Source: an uncultured Bdellovibrionales bacterium
GTDB taxonomy: Bacteria > Patescibacteriota > Minisyncoccia > Moranbacterales > DUUL01
Direction: 5' to 3'
Assembly (NCBI GenBank): GCA_964556685.1
Contig: CAZKWX010000001.1
Span: forward strand, 95,854-159,853
DNA: 64,000 nucleotides
Part shown: positions 49,395 through 59,223 of the stretch, piece by piece
Position numbering within the stretch: position 1 is the stretch's first letter
Layout: every line of letters begins with the position of its first letter
Notes under the pieces: model-generated
Database searches by the model: none
What the model saw: only the letters and a program-made list of their open reading frames with translations
What the model was told of the DNA's origin: nothing
Program-made: the position numbers and the translations under genes

Positions 49395-50918
49395 ATGCAG
49401 AAACTCAACCAATATAAAATCTATCTATTTTATCTCTTCCTTTTCCTCATTCCGTTCAATTTGCGGATAATTTTTAATTTCGATCGAATCAACAATCTCG
49501 AAGGTTTTCGCGAACACATCACACACTCTTTCTACGCATTCGATTTGATTTTTATTCTGTTATTGCTAGTTGTTCTGCTTGATTGGCTGCAGAATAAACG
49601 ACCAAAGACTTCAACATCAAAAAAGATTTTCACTAACCCCCTTTTCTATTTCGTTATAACGACCGTTATAACGTCGGTTTTGGCCCTCAACCAGACAGTG
49701 GCTTTCCAACAAACTTTGAGGATCGCACAAGCAGTCGTTTTCTTTTTGATAGCTAATAGCATTCTTTCAAGTTCCCCCTCTTGGGGCAAAAGTGGAGAAT
49801 TGCGAATGAGTAATTCTCGGGGAGTTAAGAAACCCGGATGGGATTCAAAACCATTTTATATTTCAATCTTAATAATTTTTCTTAGTGGAACTCTCCAATC
49901 ACTTATTGCTCTTTGCCAGTTCATTTTTCAAAAATCAGTCGGACTGAAAATTCTGGGGGAAAGCGTCATTGCACCAGAAATTTTGGGCGTGGCTAAATTT
50001 GAAATCCTGGGAGAAAAACTGATCCGCGCTTATGGCACTTTTCCTCATCCCAATCTTTTAGCTGCGTTTTTGTTACTGTCGTTGGCCTGTGGAGCTTTCT
50101 TGTTGATTTATAAAAAATCTTCTCCCTTTTACAAGAAAAAATATAAATATGTCAGCGATCTGCTTTCCAAAAATTATTTCTATACAATTGGAACTGTAAT
50201 GATTTTATTCGGTGTCTGCCTGACCTATTCTCGCAGTGTAATCTTGGCTACTGTCGTTTTTATTATTTTATTGTGGATTGGACATCGCAAAAAAGTAGGC
50301 GATGTCTATCGAGGCTGGTGCAAACAACTGCGTATTCATTCTATTTTCCAAACAGCCTTAGCAGTGTTGGCAATTTTTGCAGTTACTTTTTTACTTTATA
50401 ATATTTTTGCTCCCCGTCTTTGTTTTTCTAATTGTTTTAATGACAATTCCATTGAACTGCGAGGAAGATATAGCGCTGCCGCAGCAGAAATTATTGTTCA
50501 AAATCCACTCACCGGAGTGGGACCAGGAAATTTTGTCATTGCCCTAGCTGATTCTTCTGTCGGTGCAACGCTTCAACCTTGGGAATTTCAGCCAGTTCAT
50601 AATTTGTATCTGCTCATTGCTTCAGAAATCGGTCTCGTCGGCCTGGTATTTCTCCTAATCTTTGTTTCCACTCTCATATATGCATATATGAGAGTAAAGT
50701 TGGGGCGCACTTTGAATCTGCAATCATTGGTTGGAAATCCTTTTTTTATTTTACTTTTGGCTTTCCTTTTTCTGGGATTAATTGATCATTATTTCTGGAC
50801 TCTTCCTCAAGGACTACTCATCTTTTGGCTTAGCCTTGCGTTTTTTGATATGTCCAGTAAGATAAAAGTTGAACCCAAACAGAGGAGGTCACATGCCCTA
50901 CGTACCGAAATATACTAG
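49395..50918 (+). CDS. O-antigen ligase/polymerase (Wzy_C) family protein
   Basis: RAYGTFPHPNLLA, TYSRS, GVGPGNF, PVHNLYL. Confidence 0.9.
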   Translation: MQKLNQYKIYLFYLFLFLIPFNLRIIFNFDRINNLEGFREHITHSFYAFDLIFILLLLVVLLDWLQNKRPKTSTSKKIFTNPLFYFVITTVITSVLALNQTVAFQQTLRIAQAVVFFLIANSILSSSPSWGKSGELRMSNSRGVKKPGWDSKPFYISILIIFLSGTLQSLIALCQFIFQKSVGLKILGESVIAPEILGVAKFEILGEKLIRAYGTFPHPNLLAAFLLLSLACGAFLLIYKKSSPFYKKKYKYVSDLLSKNYFYTIGTVMILFGVCLTYSRSVILATVVFIILLWIGHRKKVGDVYRGWCKQLRIHSIFQTALAVLAIFAVTFLLYNIFAPRLCFSNCFNDNSIELRGRYSAAAAEIIVQNPLTGVGPGNFVIALADSSVGATLQPWEFQPVHNLYLLIASEIGLVGLVFLLIFVSTLIYAYMRVKLGRTLNLQSLVGNPFFILLLAFLFLGLIDHYFWTLPQGLLIFWLSLAFFDMSSKIKVEPKQRRSHALRTEIY

Positions 50919-51186
50919 CAACAGAAGAAAAAGGAGTATTCGAGAACATGCGTTATTGAATCATGTCTGGGGCGCAATAGAGGAGATCATACTACTGCTT
51001 CGCGATATAGATTCACGTTTAGTTGCCGAGATGTTAGAGGCTCACGCCCTAGAGGCCTTACACGAAGAACTTGGGCAGTGGAAGAAGCTGGACGAGGATC
51101 TAAAAAAAAGAATTATAAAAAGTGCTGAGGAAAAAATTATCAAGGGTCTTAAGAAAACAAGAGGAGAAAAAGAAAGTAAACCATGA
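50893..51186 (+). CDS. hypothetical protein
   Basis: SD GGAGGT before MPYVPK. Confidence 0.5.
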   Translation: MPYVPKYTSNRRKRSIREHALLNHVWGAIEEIILLLRDIDSRLVAEMLEAHALEALHEELGQWKKLDEDLKKRIIKSAEEKIIKGLKKTRGEKESKP

Positions 51187-51219
51187 CTCAGAGGCAAACA
51201 CTTCTGGGTCAAAAAATAT

Positions 51220-53952
51220 ATGAAGAAAGAACTACCAAAAGCATACGAGCCCAAGAAATATGAGGATGAGATTTATGAGAAATGGGAAAAGTCAGGAATG
51301 TTTAACCCTGACAGTTTAGACGTGGATGAAAAGGCCGAAAGCTATTCAATTGTCATGCCCCCACCCAATGTGACTGGCACGCTTCACTTGGGTCACGCTG
51401 AAATGCTGGTTGTGGAAGATATTCTGATTCGTTATCACCGCATGCTGGGTCATCGAACTTTGTGGACCCCGGGAACAGATCACGCTGCTATTGCCACCCA
51501 AACAAAAGTGGAAAAAATTCTCAAAGAAGAAGGCACTGATCGACACAAACTGGGAAGAAAAAAATTTCTGGATAGAGTAGAGAAATATGCTGAGGAATCG
51601 CACGATACCATCGTGGGGCAAGTGAAAAAAATGGGTTCTAGTTGTGATTGGTCGCGTGAGGCCTACACTTTGGATGAAACACGCCATAAAGCGGTCTATT
51701 CTGTTTTCAAGATGATGTATGACGATGGTTTGATCTATCGTGGTGAACGAATTGTTAATTGGTGCCCTCGCTGCCATTCAACCTTGGCTGATGATGAAGT
51801 AGAATACATCGAAGAAAATGGAAAGCTTTATTGGATCAAGTATGGACCATTCACTTTGGCCACTGCCCGACCAGAAACCAAGTTGGGCGATACGGCTGTG
51901 GCTGTTCATCCTGACGATGAGAGATATAAGGATATGGTGGAAAAGGAATACGACATTCCTGGAGTGCTGGGAGAATTTAAAATTAAAGTCGTGGCTGACA
52001 AATCAGTTGATCCTGAATTTGGATCCGGCGCTATTAAAGTAACCCCTGCTCACAGTTTGGTTGATAATGAAATCGCCCAGAGACATGATCTGCCATCCAA
52101 AAAAATTATCGATGAAGATGGAAAGATGATGGAAAATTGTGAAAAATATGCTGGTCTAACTACCAAAGAAGCACGTAAAAAAATTGTGGCTGACATGAAG
52201 AAGATGGGCTTGATTGATCACATAGACGAAAATTATTCCCACAATATCGCTGTTTGCTATCGCTGCGACACGCCGATTGAGCCGCTTCCTTCTGAACAAT
52301 GGTTTATTGATGTGAATAAGCCGCTACCCAAAAAGAAGCTAAGTTTCCTTGGAAACTTAGCTTCTAAAGACTCAAAAACTATCAAAGAAATTTGTTTGGA
52401 AGTTGTTCGAGAAGGAAAAATTAAAATTATTCCAGAAAGGTTTGAAAAACAATATTTCCATTGGATGGAAAATCTGCGTGATTGGTGCATCTCACGCCAG
52501 ATTTGGTATGGACATCAAATTCCTGTTTGGTACAAAAATGACGAAGCTTATGTTGGCGTTAAAGCGCCAAGAGAAGACGGTTGGACTCAAGATCCGGACA
52601 CGCTTGACACTTGGTTTTCTTCCGGGCTTTGGACTTTCTCAACTCTAGCCAACAAGCTCGATCAAATTAGAATTGAGGACGGGAAACTGGTCATTGATAG
52701 TAAGGACTATAGTCAGTACCACCCAACTGATGTGCTTGAAACAGGTTATGATATTCTTTTCTTCTGGGTAGCTCGTATGATCATCATGACCACCTATGCT
52801 GTGGGTGATCTTCCTTTCAAAGATGTTTACCTTCATGGCTTGGTGCTTGACGAACATGGAAAGAAAATGAGCAAATCGAAGGGCAACGTCATCAATCCAC
52901 TGGACATGTGTGAAAAGTATGGCACCGATGCCACTCGCCTATCATTGGTCGTTGGTGCGGCACCTGGAAAAGATTTTCGATTGTCTGAAGAAAAAATTGC
53001 TGGCTTTCGAAATTTTTCTAATAAATTATGGAATATATCTCGATATATTCTTGAAAATGGTAGAAAAAATGCCGAGGTTTCACCGCGAGTACTCGCGGTG
53101 AAACCTCAAGTAAAGTTTCAGAAATTATCAGATAAATTGACTTTGGCTGATCGATGGATTCTAAAAAGAATTCACGAGTTAATTCATGAATTAAATATAG
53201 ATTTAAATAAGTATCAATTTTCTGCTGCTGGTGAAAAGTTGCGTGATTTTACTTGGAACGACTTGGCTGATTGGTATCTGGAAGTGAGTAAATTTGAGGA
53301 AAACAAGGAAACCAAAGCAGCGATCTTGAATATGATTCTAAAAGATTTGCTCAAACTTTGGCATCCTTTCATTCCATTTGTCACTGAGAAGATTTGGGAG
53401 GAAATGGGAGAGGAAAAAATGTTGCTAGTCTCTAATTGGCCGAAATATAGTGAACGCAGATCTGCGTTCACTACAAATGATACAACTGATTTCAAGACTG
53501 TTCAAAAAATCATCATTGTAATTCGCAACGCTCGGGCTCAATATCATATAGAACCAAAACAAAAAATTGATGTGGTGATCTATACTGGAAAAAATGTAGA
53601 GCTCATCAAATCTCAGGAAAATATCATCAGAAATCTTCGAACTGGAATTGAAAACCTCAAGATTGAAGAAAAAGGAGAAAAGCTACCCAAATCTTTTTCC
53701 GATTCTGTTAATGGAATTGAAATTCACATTCCGCTTAAGGATGTCATTGATATTGACAAAGAAAAAGCCCGTTTAGAAAAAGAAATCCAAGCCGCAGAAA
53801 AATATTCTGCTAGCCTGGAAAAAAAATTTAAAAACAAATCTTTTGTCGACAAGGCACCAAAAAAAATTGTTGATCAGGAAAAAGAAAAATTGGCTGAGAA
53901 AAATGACCAAATAGAAAAACTAAAATCATATCTTGATGGACTCTCAACCTAG
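51220..53952 (+). CDS. valS: valine-tRNA ligase
   Basis: PPPNVTGTLHLGH, DWCISRQIWYGH, KMSKS, C-terminal coiled coil. Confidence 0.98.
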   Translation: MKKELPKAYEPKKYEDEIYEKWEKSGMFNPDSLDVDEKAESYSIVMPPPNVTGTLHLGHAEMLVVEDILIRYHRMLGHRTLWTPGTDHAAIATQTKVEKILKEEGTDRHKLGRKKFLDRVEKYAEESHDTIVGQVKKMGSSCDWSREAYTLDETRHKAVYSVFKMMYDDGLIYRGERIVNWCPRCHSTLADDEVEYIEENGKLYWIKYGPFTLATARPETKLGDTAVAVHPDDERYKDMVEKEYDIPGVLGEFKIKVVADKSVDPEFGSGAIKVTPAHSLVDNEIAQRHDLPSKKIIDEDGKMMENCEKYAGLTTKEARKKIVADMKKMGLIDHIDENYSHNIAVCYRCDTPIEPLPSEQWFIDVNKPLPKKKLSFLGNLASKDSKTIKEICLEVVREGKIKIIPERFEKQYFHWMENLRDWCISRQIWYGHQIPVWYKNDEAYVGVKAPREDGWTQDPDTLDTWFSSGLWTFSTLANKLDQIRIEDGKLVIDSKDYSQYHPTDVLETGYDILFFWVARMIIMTTYAVGDLPFKDVYLHGLVLDEHGKKMSKSKGNVINPLDMCEKYGTDATRLSLVVGAAPGKDFRLSEEKIAGFRNFSNKLWNISRYILENGRKNAEVSPRVLAVKPQVKFQKLSDKLTLADRWILKRIHELIHELNIDLNKYQFSAAGEKLRDFTWNDLADWYLEVSKFEENKETKAAILNMILKDLLKLWHPFIPFVTEKIWEEMGEEKMLLVSNWPKYSERRSAFTTNDTTDFKTVQKIIIVIRNARAQYHIEPKQKIDVVIYTGKNVELIKSQENIIRNLRTGIENLKIEEKGEKLPKSFSDSVNGIEIHIPLKDVIDIDKEKARLEKEIQAAEKYSASLEKKFKNKSFVDKAPKKIVDQEKEKLAEKNDQIEKLKSYLDGLST

Positions 53953-54418
53953 TCTTTTGAAATCTTCAGCGTTATTTTTTGTCGGGGGAACCATCGCGGC
54001 TGTTTTGACTCTGGCCATTTCGGCTGTTTTTTATTCTCCACAGCAGTCAGAAACATTCATTTCGATTTTGGGACTAGTTTTGATTGAAGAGATTTTGAAA
54101 CTGATCATCTTGTGGTTTTTGATAGATTGGAGTAACATCGAGCAAGACCCGCGCTGGCAAAATTTTTTCATTTTGCCAGTTTTGTTTGGAGTTGGTTTTG
54201 GACTATTCGAAGTGTTTCTTATTTCCCTCAACCACAACCCCATCGTTCTCGCTGCTCTTGCCCCCTTCGTGATTCATGTTATCACTAGTATTTTACTCAT
54301 GATTGGTTTATTTTTTTTCAAGAAAACCGAATCTTTTGTTGTTCCTTCGCTTCTTTTTGTTCTGGCAATCACCATTCACGTTTTCTATAATCTGGTGATT
54401 ATTTCAGTCACAAGATGA
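53933..54418 (+). CDS. PrsW-family intramembrane protease-like protein
   Basis: IEEILK, GFGLFE, IHV..S, IHVFYN. Confidence 0.75.
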   Translation: MMDSQPSLLKSSALFFVGGTIAAVLTLAISAVFYSPQQSETFISILGLVLIEEILKLIILWFLIDWSNIEQDPRWQNFFILPVLFGVGFGLFEVFLISLNHNPIVLAALAPFVIHVITSILLMIGLFFFKKTESFVVPSLLFVLAITIHVFYNLVIISVTR

Positions 54419-54497
54419 TTCCCCTTGTCAGGAAGTCTATTGGTTGTTATAATTCAATCGAAATTTTTTATAGTAAATTTTAATTCACATAACCCCC

Positions 54498-55088
54498 ATG
54501 GCTAAAGAAAAAAAATCATTCTTTGAAAAACTCACCGGCATTAAGAAGGTTGAGGAGGGTGAGCCGGAAGAATTTGTGGGAGATCAGCCGCTTGAACAAT
54601 CAGCTGAAGATAATTACTTTGCTCAAATGGAAACACAAAATCAAGATTATGAAATTCCCGGGGCATCTCAGCAACAATCAGCCGCTCCAGCGGAAGGTTA
54701 TCAGGCACCAGTGCAACCAGCAGAGCAAGCTGTTTCGATGGATCAACAGATTGAAGCAGAAGGCCAGCTCACCATTGATGTCTACCAAAGCGATGATGAT
54801 GTAGTTATTAAATCAACCATTGCCGGGGTCAAGCCCGAAGATTTGGATGTGAACATCAACAATGACATGGTAACCATTCGCGGTGAAAGAAAACAAGAAG
54901 AAGAGATTGATCCAGAAAATTATTACTATCAAGAATGTTATTGGGGTCCATTTTCACGCAGTGTCATTCTGCCAGTCGAAATTATTGCTGATAAAGCTGA
55001 AGCAACAATGAAAAATGGGATTTTGACTTTGCGACTTCCCAAGGCTGACACTACTAAGACTCGAAAGATTCAAGTTAGAGGGTATTAG
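54498..55088 (+). CDS. Hsp20/alpha-crystallin family chaperone
   Basis: IDVYQ, ECYWGPFSRSVILP, ATMKNGILTLRLPK. Confidence 0.93.
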   Translation: MAKEKKSFFEKLTGIKKVEEGEPEEFVGDQPLEQSAEDNYFAQMETQNQDYEIPGASQQQSAAPAEGYQAPVQPAEQAVSMDQQIEAEGQLTIDVYQSDDDVVIKSTIAGVKPEDLDVNINNDMVTIRGERKQEEEIDPENYYYQECYWGPFSRSVILPVEIIADKAEATMKNGILTLRLPKADTTKTRKIQVRGY

Positions 55089-55218
55089 TGAATTGATGAT
55101 TTTAGATTTCAGATTTATAATTGAGTCTTAGGATTATTAGACTTTTGAAATAATGACAAAAGTCGACATAACTTGTAATATAATTCAATTATTACTAAAT
55201 CATTTAATCAAAAATATT

Positions 55219-55734
55219 ATGAATATTGAAAAAGCATCCAATTTAATGGAAAAAGTAGAAGAAAATTCCCAAGCTCTTCAGAGAGCAAAGAAATTGAAAA
55301 GGCAGTTGGAGTTAGACTTTAAATCTGAAGATGAAATTAGTGAAAGTGAAGCTGCGCAAAGAAGAGCAGAAATTGAAGGAATGGAATTAATTGCTTTGGC
55401 CGGGATTGATAATTTAAGGATAAAAATGGCAGAGGTTGAAAAAGAAGTGAAAAAACTAGAAGACAAAGAAATGTATGAGAGTGATGAGTATTATAAAACG
55501 ACAGCAAGATTTTCAGGATATCAAAAAGCTGAAGAATATTATAAAAAAAATTATCTAACCAAAGAAGGACAAGTGAGAGAGCAGTTTCCCGATATTGAAG
55601 ACTTAAGAAAAAATGTAGAAGATCTAAAGAAGATGATAGATCGTGAAGACATAGATGGGAATACAGAAGAAACATACAATCTTCGAAAAGAAGTGTTGGA
55701 AAAATGGCAAGCGGAGGAATTAAAATCGGAATAA
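55219..55734 (+). CDS. coiled-coil hypothetical protein
   Basis: E/K-rich ORF, AT-rich DNA. Confidence 0.6.
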   Translation: MNIEKASNLMEKVEENSQALQRAKKLKRQLELDFKSEDEISESEAAQRRAEIEGMELIALAGIDNLRIKMAEVEKEVKKLEDKEMYESDEYYKTTARFSGYQKAEEYYKKNYLTKEGQVREQFPDIEDLRKNVEDLKKMIDREDIDGNTEETYNLRKEVLEKWQAEELKSE

Positions 55735-55929
55735 ATACTTCGGATACACGTGAATGTTGAGATTCTGAAACAAAAAAGCTGTGAAGTAGTTTTCTAAAGT
55801 CTTTTATATTTTTTAGAGATCTTCCAATTTTTTGGAAGGTTTTTTGATGTCCAATCATAAATCTAAAATCATAAATCTAAAATTTGAAACCTCCTTGCCC
55901 TTTTAGATGTAAAAATATATGCTTGGGGT

Positions 55930-56068
55930 GTATAGTTATTAGGGAAATAGGCTTACAGCAGTAGGTCTGGTTGTTGGGTATAAGTTATAAGTCAGTCAAT
56001 ATAAACATAGGACCTATGTCCTACAACCAAACATACTGCTTACACCTTATGTTCCCTACTACTACCAA
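55930..56068. mobile_element. gene-less copy of the four-helix-bundle cassette flanks
   Basis: TAGGGAAATA and GCAGTAGGT shared with 57378-57440; CCTAC arms on the right. Confidence 0.55.
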
Positions 56069-56077
56069 TAAAAAAAC

Positions 56078-57376
56078 ATGAAATTGATAACAGTAAAAAT
56101 TATTTTTGCGCTATTATTTGGGACAATATTACCAACCGGTTTTGCTTTCGCTCAACAAGAAGAAATCGGTTTTTTTTTCAATGACGATTTGCAGGACGCC
56201 CTACACAAAGATTATTTTCTAGTCGTTGACAACAAAAAAATTCCTTTTCACATGAGCCAGTATGCAATCTGGAACACTGTTTTGGTTCGACAAAAGGGAT
56301 ATCAATCAGAGATTGAAAACATTTATTATTGCAACGAAAAAATCCAAAATTTGTCTTTGTGCGACCTGACCAGCGCCTCTTCAGGAAAAGATCAAATCAA
56401 AAAGGGTGCTATGCTTTTCATTCATGAAGATAAAATTAATAAATATTTGACAACTATTGCCAAAGACATTGAAGCTGAACCTCAGAATGGCCGATTGAGA
56501 ATGACTAGTGAAGGAAAATTACAGATCGTTCAAAAAAGCAAAGATGGCTATTACTTGAATGAAGAAGGGTCTCTGGGTCAAATTTTAAATGCTTTCAAAA
56601 CCAATCCTTCAGAAAAAAACATTCCCCTGATCACCCATTTCGTTGAACCTGAAATTTCTACTGATAATATCCAGGCTCTGGGCATCAAAGAAAAAATTGG
56701 CGAGGGTCAATCAAATTTTCGTGGCTCTCCCAACAACCGAATTTTCAACATCAAATTAGCCACTTCAAAATTTGATGGCGTTTTGATTAAACCGGGTGAA
56801 GAATTTTCTTTTGTAAAAACTTTAGGACCAGTAGATGAAAAAAGTGGCTATAAGGAAGAGTTGGTCATCAAAAAAAATGAAACTATTCCAGAATTTGGTG
56901 GCGGAGTTTGCCAAGTGTCAACCACCATGTTTCGAGCGGCTCTCAATTCAGGCTTTGAAATTGTTGAACGACGCAATCATGCCTATCCGGTGCAATATTA
57001 TTCTCCTCAAGGAACCGATGCAACAGTCTACATTCCCAGGCCCGACCTGCGTTATCTGAACAACACCTCAGCTTATATATTAATTCAATCTTCAATCATT
57101 GGAACTATATTGAAATTTGAAATTTATGGCACTTCCGATGGCCGCCAAGTGGAGCTGGATGGTCCTCGTGTGACGGAACGAACAGAAGATGGTAAAATGA
57201 GAACAATCTTGTATCAAATAGTCAAAGACGAAAGTGGAAACGAAATCAGAAAGGCTACTTTCAAGAGTTTTTATGACAATCCAGACAACTATCACCATGA
57301 ACCACTCCTGACCGAAAAACCAAAAGATTGGTCAAAGAGTGAATGGAAAGATTACAAAAGGAAACACGGCCTGTAA
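56078..57376 (+). CDS. VanW-family protein
   Basis: NRIFNI, IKPGEEFSF, GGGVCQVSTT, ERRNH, GTDATV. Confidence 0.92.
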   Translation: MKLITVKIIFALLFGTILPTGFAFAQQEEIGFFFNDDLQDALHKDYFLVVDNKKIPFHMSQYAIWNTVLVRQKGYQSEIENIYYCNEKIQNLSLCDLTSASSGKDQIKKGAMLFIHEDKINKYLTTIAKDIEAEPQNGRLRMTSEGKLQIVQKSKDGYYLNEEGSLGQILNAFKTNPSEKNIPLITHFVEPEISTDNIQALGIKEKIGEGQSNFRGSPNNRIFNIKLATSKFDGVLIKPGEEFSFVKTLGPVDEKSGYKEELVIKKNETIPEFGGGVCQVSTTMFRAALNSGFEIVERRNHAYPVQYYSPQGTDATVYIPRPDLRYLNNTSAYILIQSSIIGTILKFEIYGTSDGRQVELDGPRVTERTEDGKMRTILYQIVKDESGNEIRKATFKSFYDNPDNYHHEPLLTEKPKDWSKSEWKDYKRKHGL

Positions 57377-57441
57377 AGTAGGTTTTAGGGAAATATGGTT
57401 CTGGCAGTAGGTAAAGCTATAGGGATTAGGTTTTATGTTAC

Positions 57442-57843
57442 ATGGAAGAAAAATCAAAAAATAAAAATAAAATAAGAAGTTATAAAGATCTAGAAGTATT
57501 CCAGAAGTCTTATAAGTTATCAATTATAATAAGCACGAAGCTGATTCCTAAGCTTCCGAAAGAAGAAAAATTTATTCTTTCTGATCAACTAAGAAGATCT
57601 TGTAAGGCCGTTCCTCGATTAATTGCAGAAGGCTTTGGAAAGCGACATCAAAAGAAAGGTTTTCAGAAATATTTGGACGATGCGATATCAGAAAATAACG
57701 AAACTGTAGTCAGCTTATCTCAAGTGAGAGATATTTATTATGAATAGATTAATCCTCATTCAGTTGCAAAATTAATAGAAGAATATGAGATTATCGGAAA
57801 ACGGCTTTATCGACTAAAAGAAGCTTGGAATAAATTTTCTTAG
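57442..57843 (+). pseudogene. four-helix-bundle (23S IVP/Avd-like) protein with in-frame TAG at 57745-57747
   Basis: YKDLEVFQ, LPKEEKF.LSDQLRRS, IAEG; the frame continues for 31 codons (LIEEYEIIGKRLYRL) after the TAG. Confidence 0.85.
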
Positions 57844-57915
57844 ATTTTTATGTTTTTCCCTACGACCTAAAACTTACAACCTAACCTACTTCCAACACCC
57901 TTTTTACCTACCTCT

Positions 57916-58755
57916 ATGCAACTTCTATTCGACATCGGTGGCACCAAAACTCGTTTGGCTGCCACTAAAAATAAAAACGAAATTGACAACGAACGCGTTC
58001 GGATTTTTTCCACTCCCAACTCTTTTGAAGAAGGGGTTGATTTGATTGTGAAAACTGCCCAAGAATTAACTAGCGATGAAAAAATCGAAGCTTGTGCGGG
58101 AGGCATTGGCGGACCGCTGGATCCTGGAAAAGAAAGAATTGTTTTTGACTCAGGCAAGACTAATTTGAAAAATTGGGTTGAGAAACCATTAAAGAGCATC
58201 CTGACTAAGAAATTGGGTGTTGATGTAAAATTAGAAAATGATTCTGCGCTAGGCGCTTTGGGAGAAGCTGTTTTTGGCGCCGGAAAAAAATATTCGATTG
58301 TTGCCTATTTGACCATTGGCACTGGCGTCGGTGGCGCTCGCGTAGTAGATAAAGTTATTGATGAGAATTCTCTTGGATTCGAACCAGGCAAACAAATTGT
58401 GGATGCTGATGGATCGATCTATCCTCACGCTGACCCTCCAGTTAATCTTGAACAAATTATCAGCGGCCAGGCAATTGAAAAAAGAATGGGCCAAATGCCC
58501 AGTGACATTAAAGATGAGAAGTTTTGGGAAGACATGGCTCACTATCTGGCCATTGGTCTCAATGACACTGCGGTTTTTTGGTCGCCTAATGTGATTATAC
58601 TAGGCGGATCTTTAGCCAACTATATTCCCCTTAAGGAAATTGAAAAAGTTTTGTCTAGCATTCTCACCACTTTCAAAAAAACTCCCCCAATAAAAAAAGC
58701 CCAGTTGGGTGAACTCTCTGGGATCTATGGAGCGCTGCGTTTTTTAAACTGTTAG
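57916..58755 (+). CDS. ROK family kinase
   Basis: DIGGTK, ENDSALGALGE, TIGTGVGG. Confidence 0.92.
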   Translation: MQLLFDIGGTKTRLAATKNKNEIDNERVRIFSTPNSFEEGVDLIVKTAQELTSDEKIEACAGGIGGPLDPGKERIVFDSGKTNLKNWVEKPLKSILTKKLGVDVKLENDSALGALGEAVFGAGKKYSIVAYLTIGTGVGGARVVDKVIDENSLGFEPGKQIVDADGSIYPHADPPVNLEQIISGQAIEKRMGQMPSDIKDEKFWEDMAHYLAIGLNDTAVFWSPNVIILGGSLANYIPLKEIEKVLSSILTTFKKTPPIKKAQLGELSGIYGALRFLNC

Positions 58756-58777
58756 TTATGTGATACTTCTAAGTTAT

Positions 58778-58819
58778 ACGAAAAAAACAATCCCGCGTAT
58801 ACGGGACTGTTTTTTTCGT
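58778..58819. terminator. bidirectional terminator
   Basis: ACGAAAAAAACA.TCCCG...CGGGA.TGTTTTTTTCGT. Confidence 0.75.
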
Positions 58820-58839
58820 CTTAATAAAATCTACACCGG

Positions 58840-58911
58840 GGCGACTACAGGGAATTGAACCCTGGTAACCAGTACCACAAACTGGTGTTCTACCATTGAA
58901 CTATAGTCGCC
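58840..58911 (-). tRNA. tRNA-His(GTG) with encoded G-1
   Basis: GCGACTA/TAGTCGC acceptor stem, loop TTGTGGT, GGTTCAATTCC. Confidence 0.93.
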
Positions 58912-58993
58912 ATGATAAAAATGTTAAATTGTAAAAAGCAAAATATAAAAATGCCTTCAAGCAAAAGACTGTCAAGACAACGTTTGCTTTTCC

Positions 58994-59172
58994 TTATTCT
59001 TTCCAGTCAATAATATTTATCCCTTCCCTCGTTTTTTCACTACCACTTTCTGCTTGGACTTCCAGCCCAACTCGCGGATGATTTCAATTGGAAGTGTCAA
59101 AGTGACACTCTTGCTGCCTCCACTTTTGGAAAGCTTTCTAGTATGTCTTTCGCTTAATTTTCTCCTGGCCAT
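58994..59172 (-). pseudogene. AbrB-type paralog with a -1 frameshift near the 3' end
   Basis: MARRKLSERHTRKLSKSGGS...KRGKG*; the conserved IIDWKE* tail is in the -1 frame. Confidence 0.7.
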
Positions 59173-59223
59173 GTTTTTGAGAATTCACGAATTAATTCGT
59201 GAATTAAATATATAAAATATAAT

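Noticed and set aside
34578-57747. Stop-codon reassignment (TAG or TGA)
   Set aside because: glmS, rpsI, rpsD and rpmJ end in TAG, ftsA ends in TGA, and conserved genes have no internal stops.
57442-57843. Diversity-generating retroelement (Avd-like gene)
   Set aside because: No reverse transcriptase and no TR/VR pair with adenine-specific mismatches in the window.
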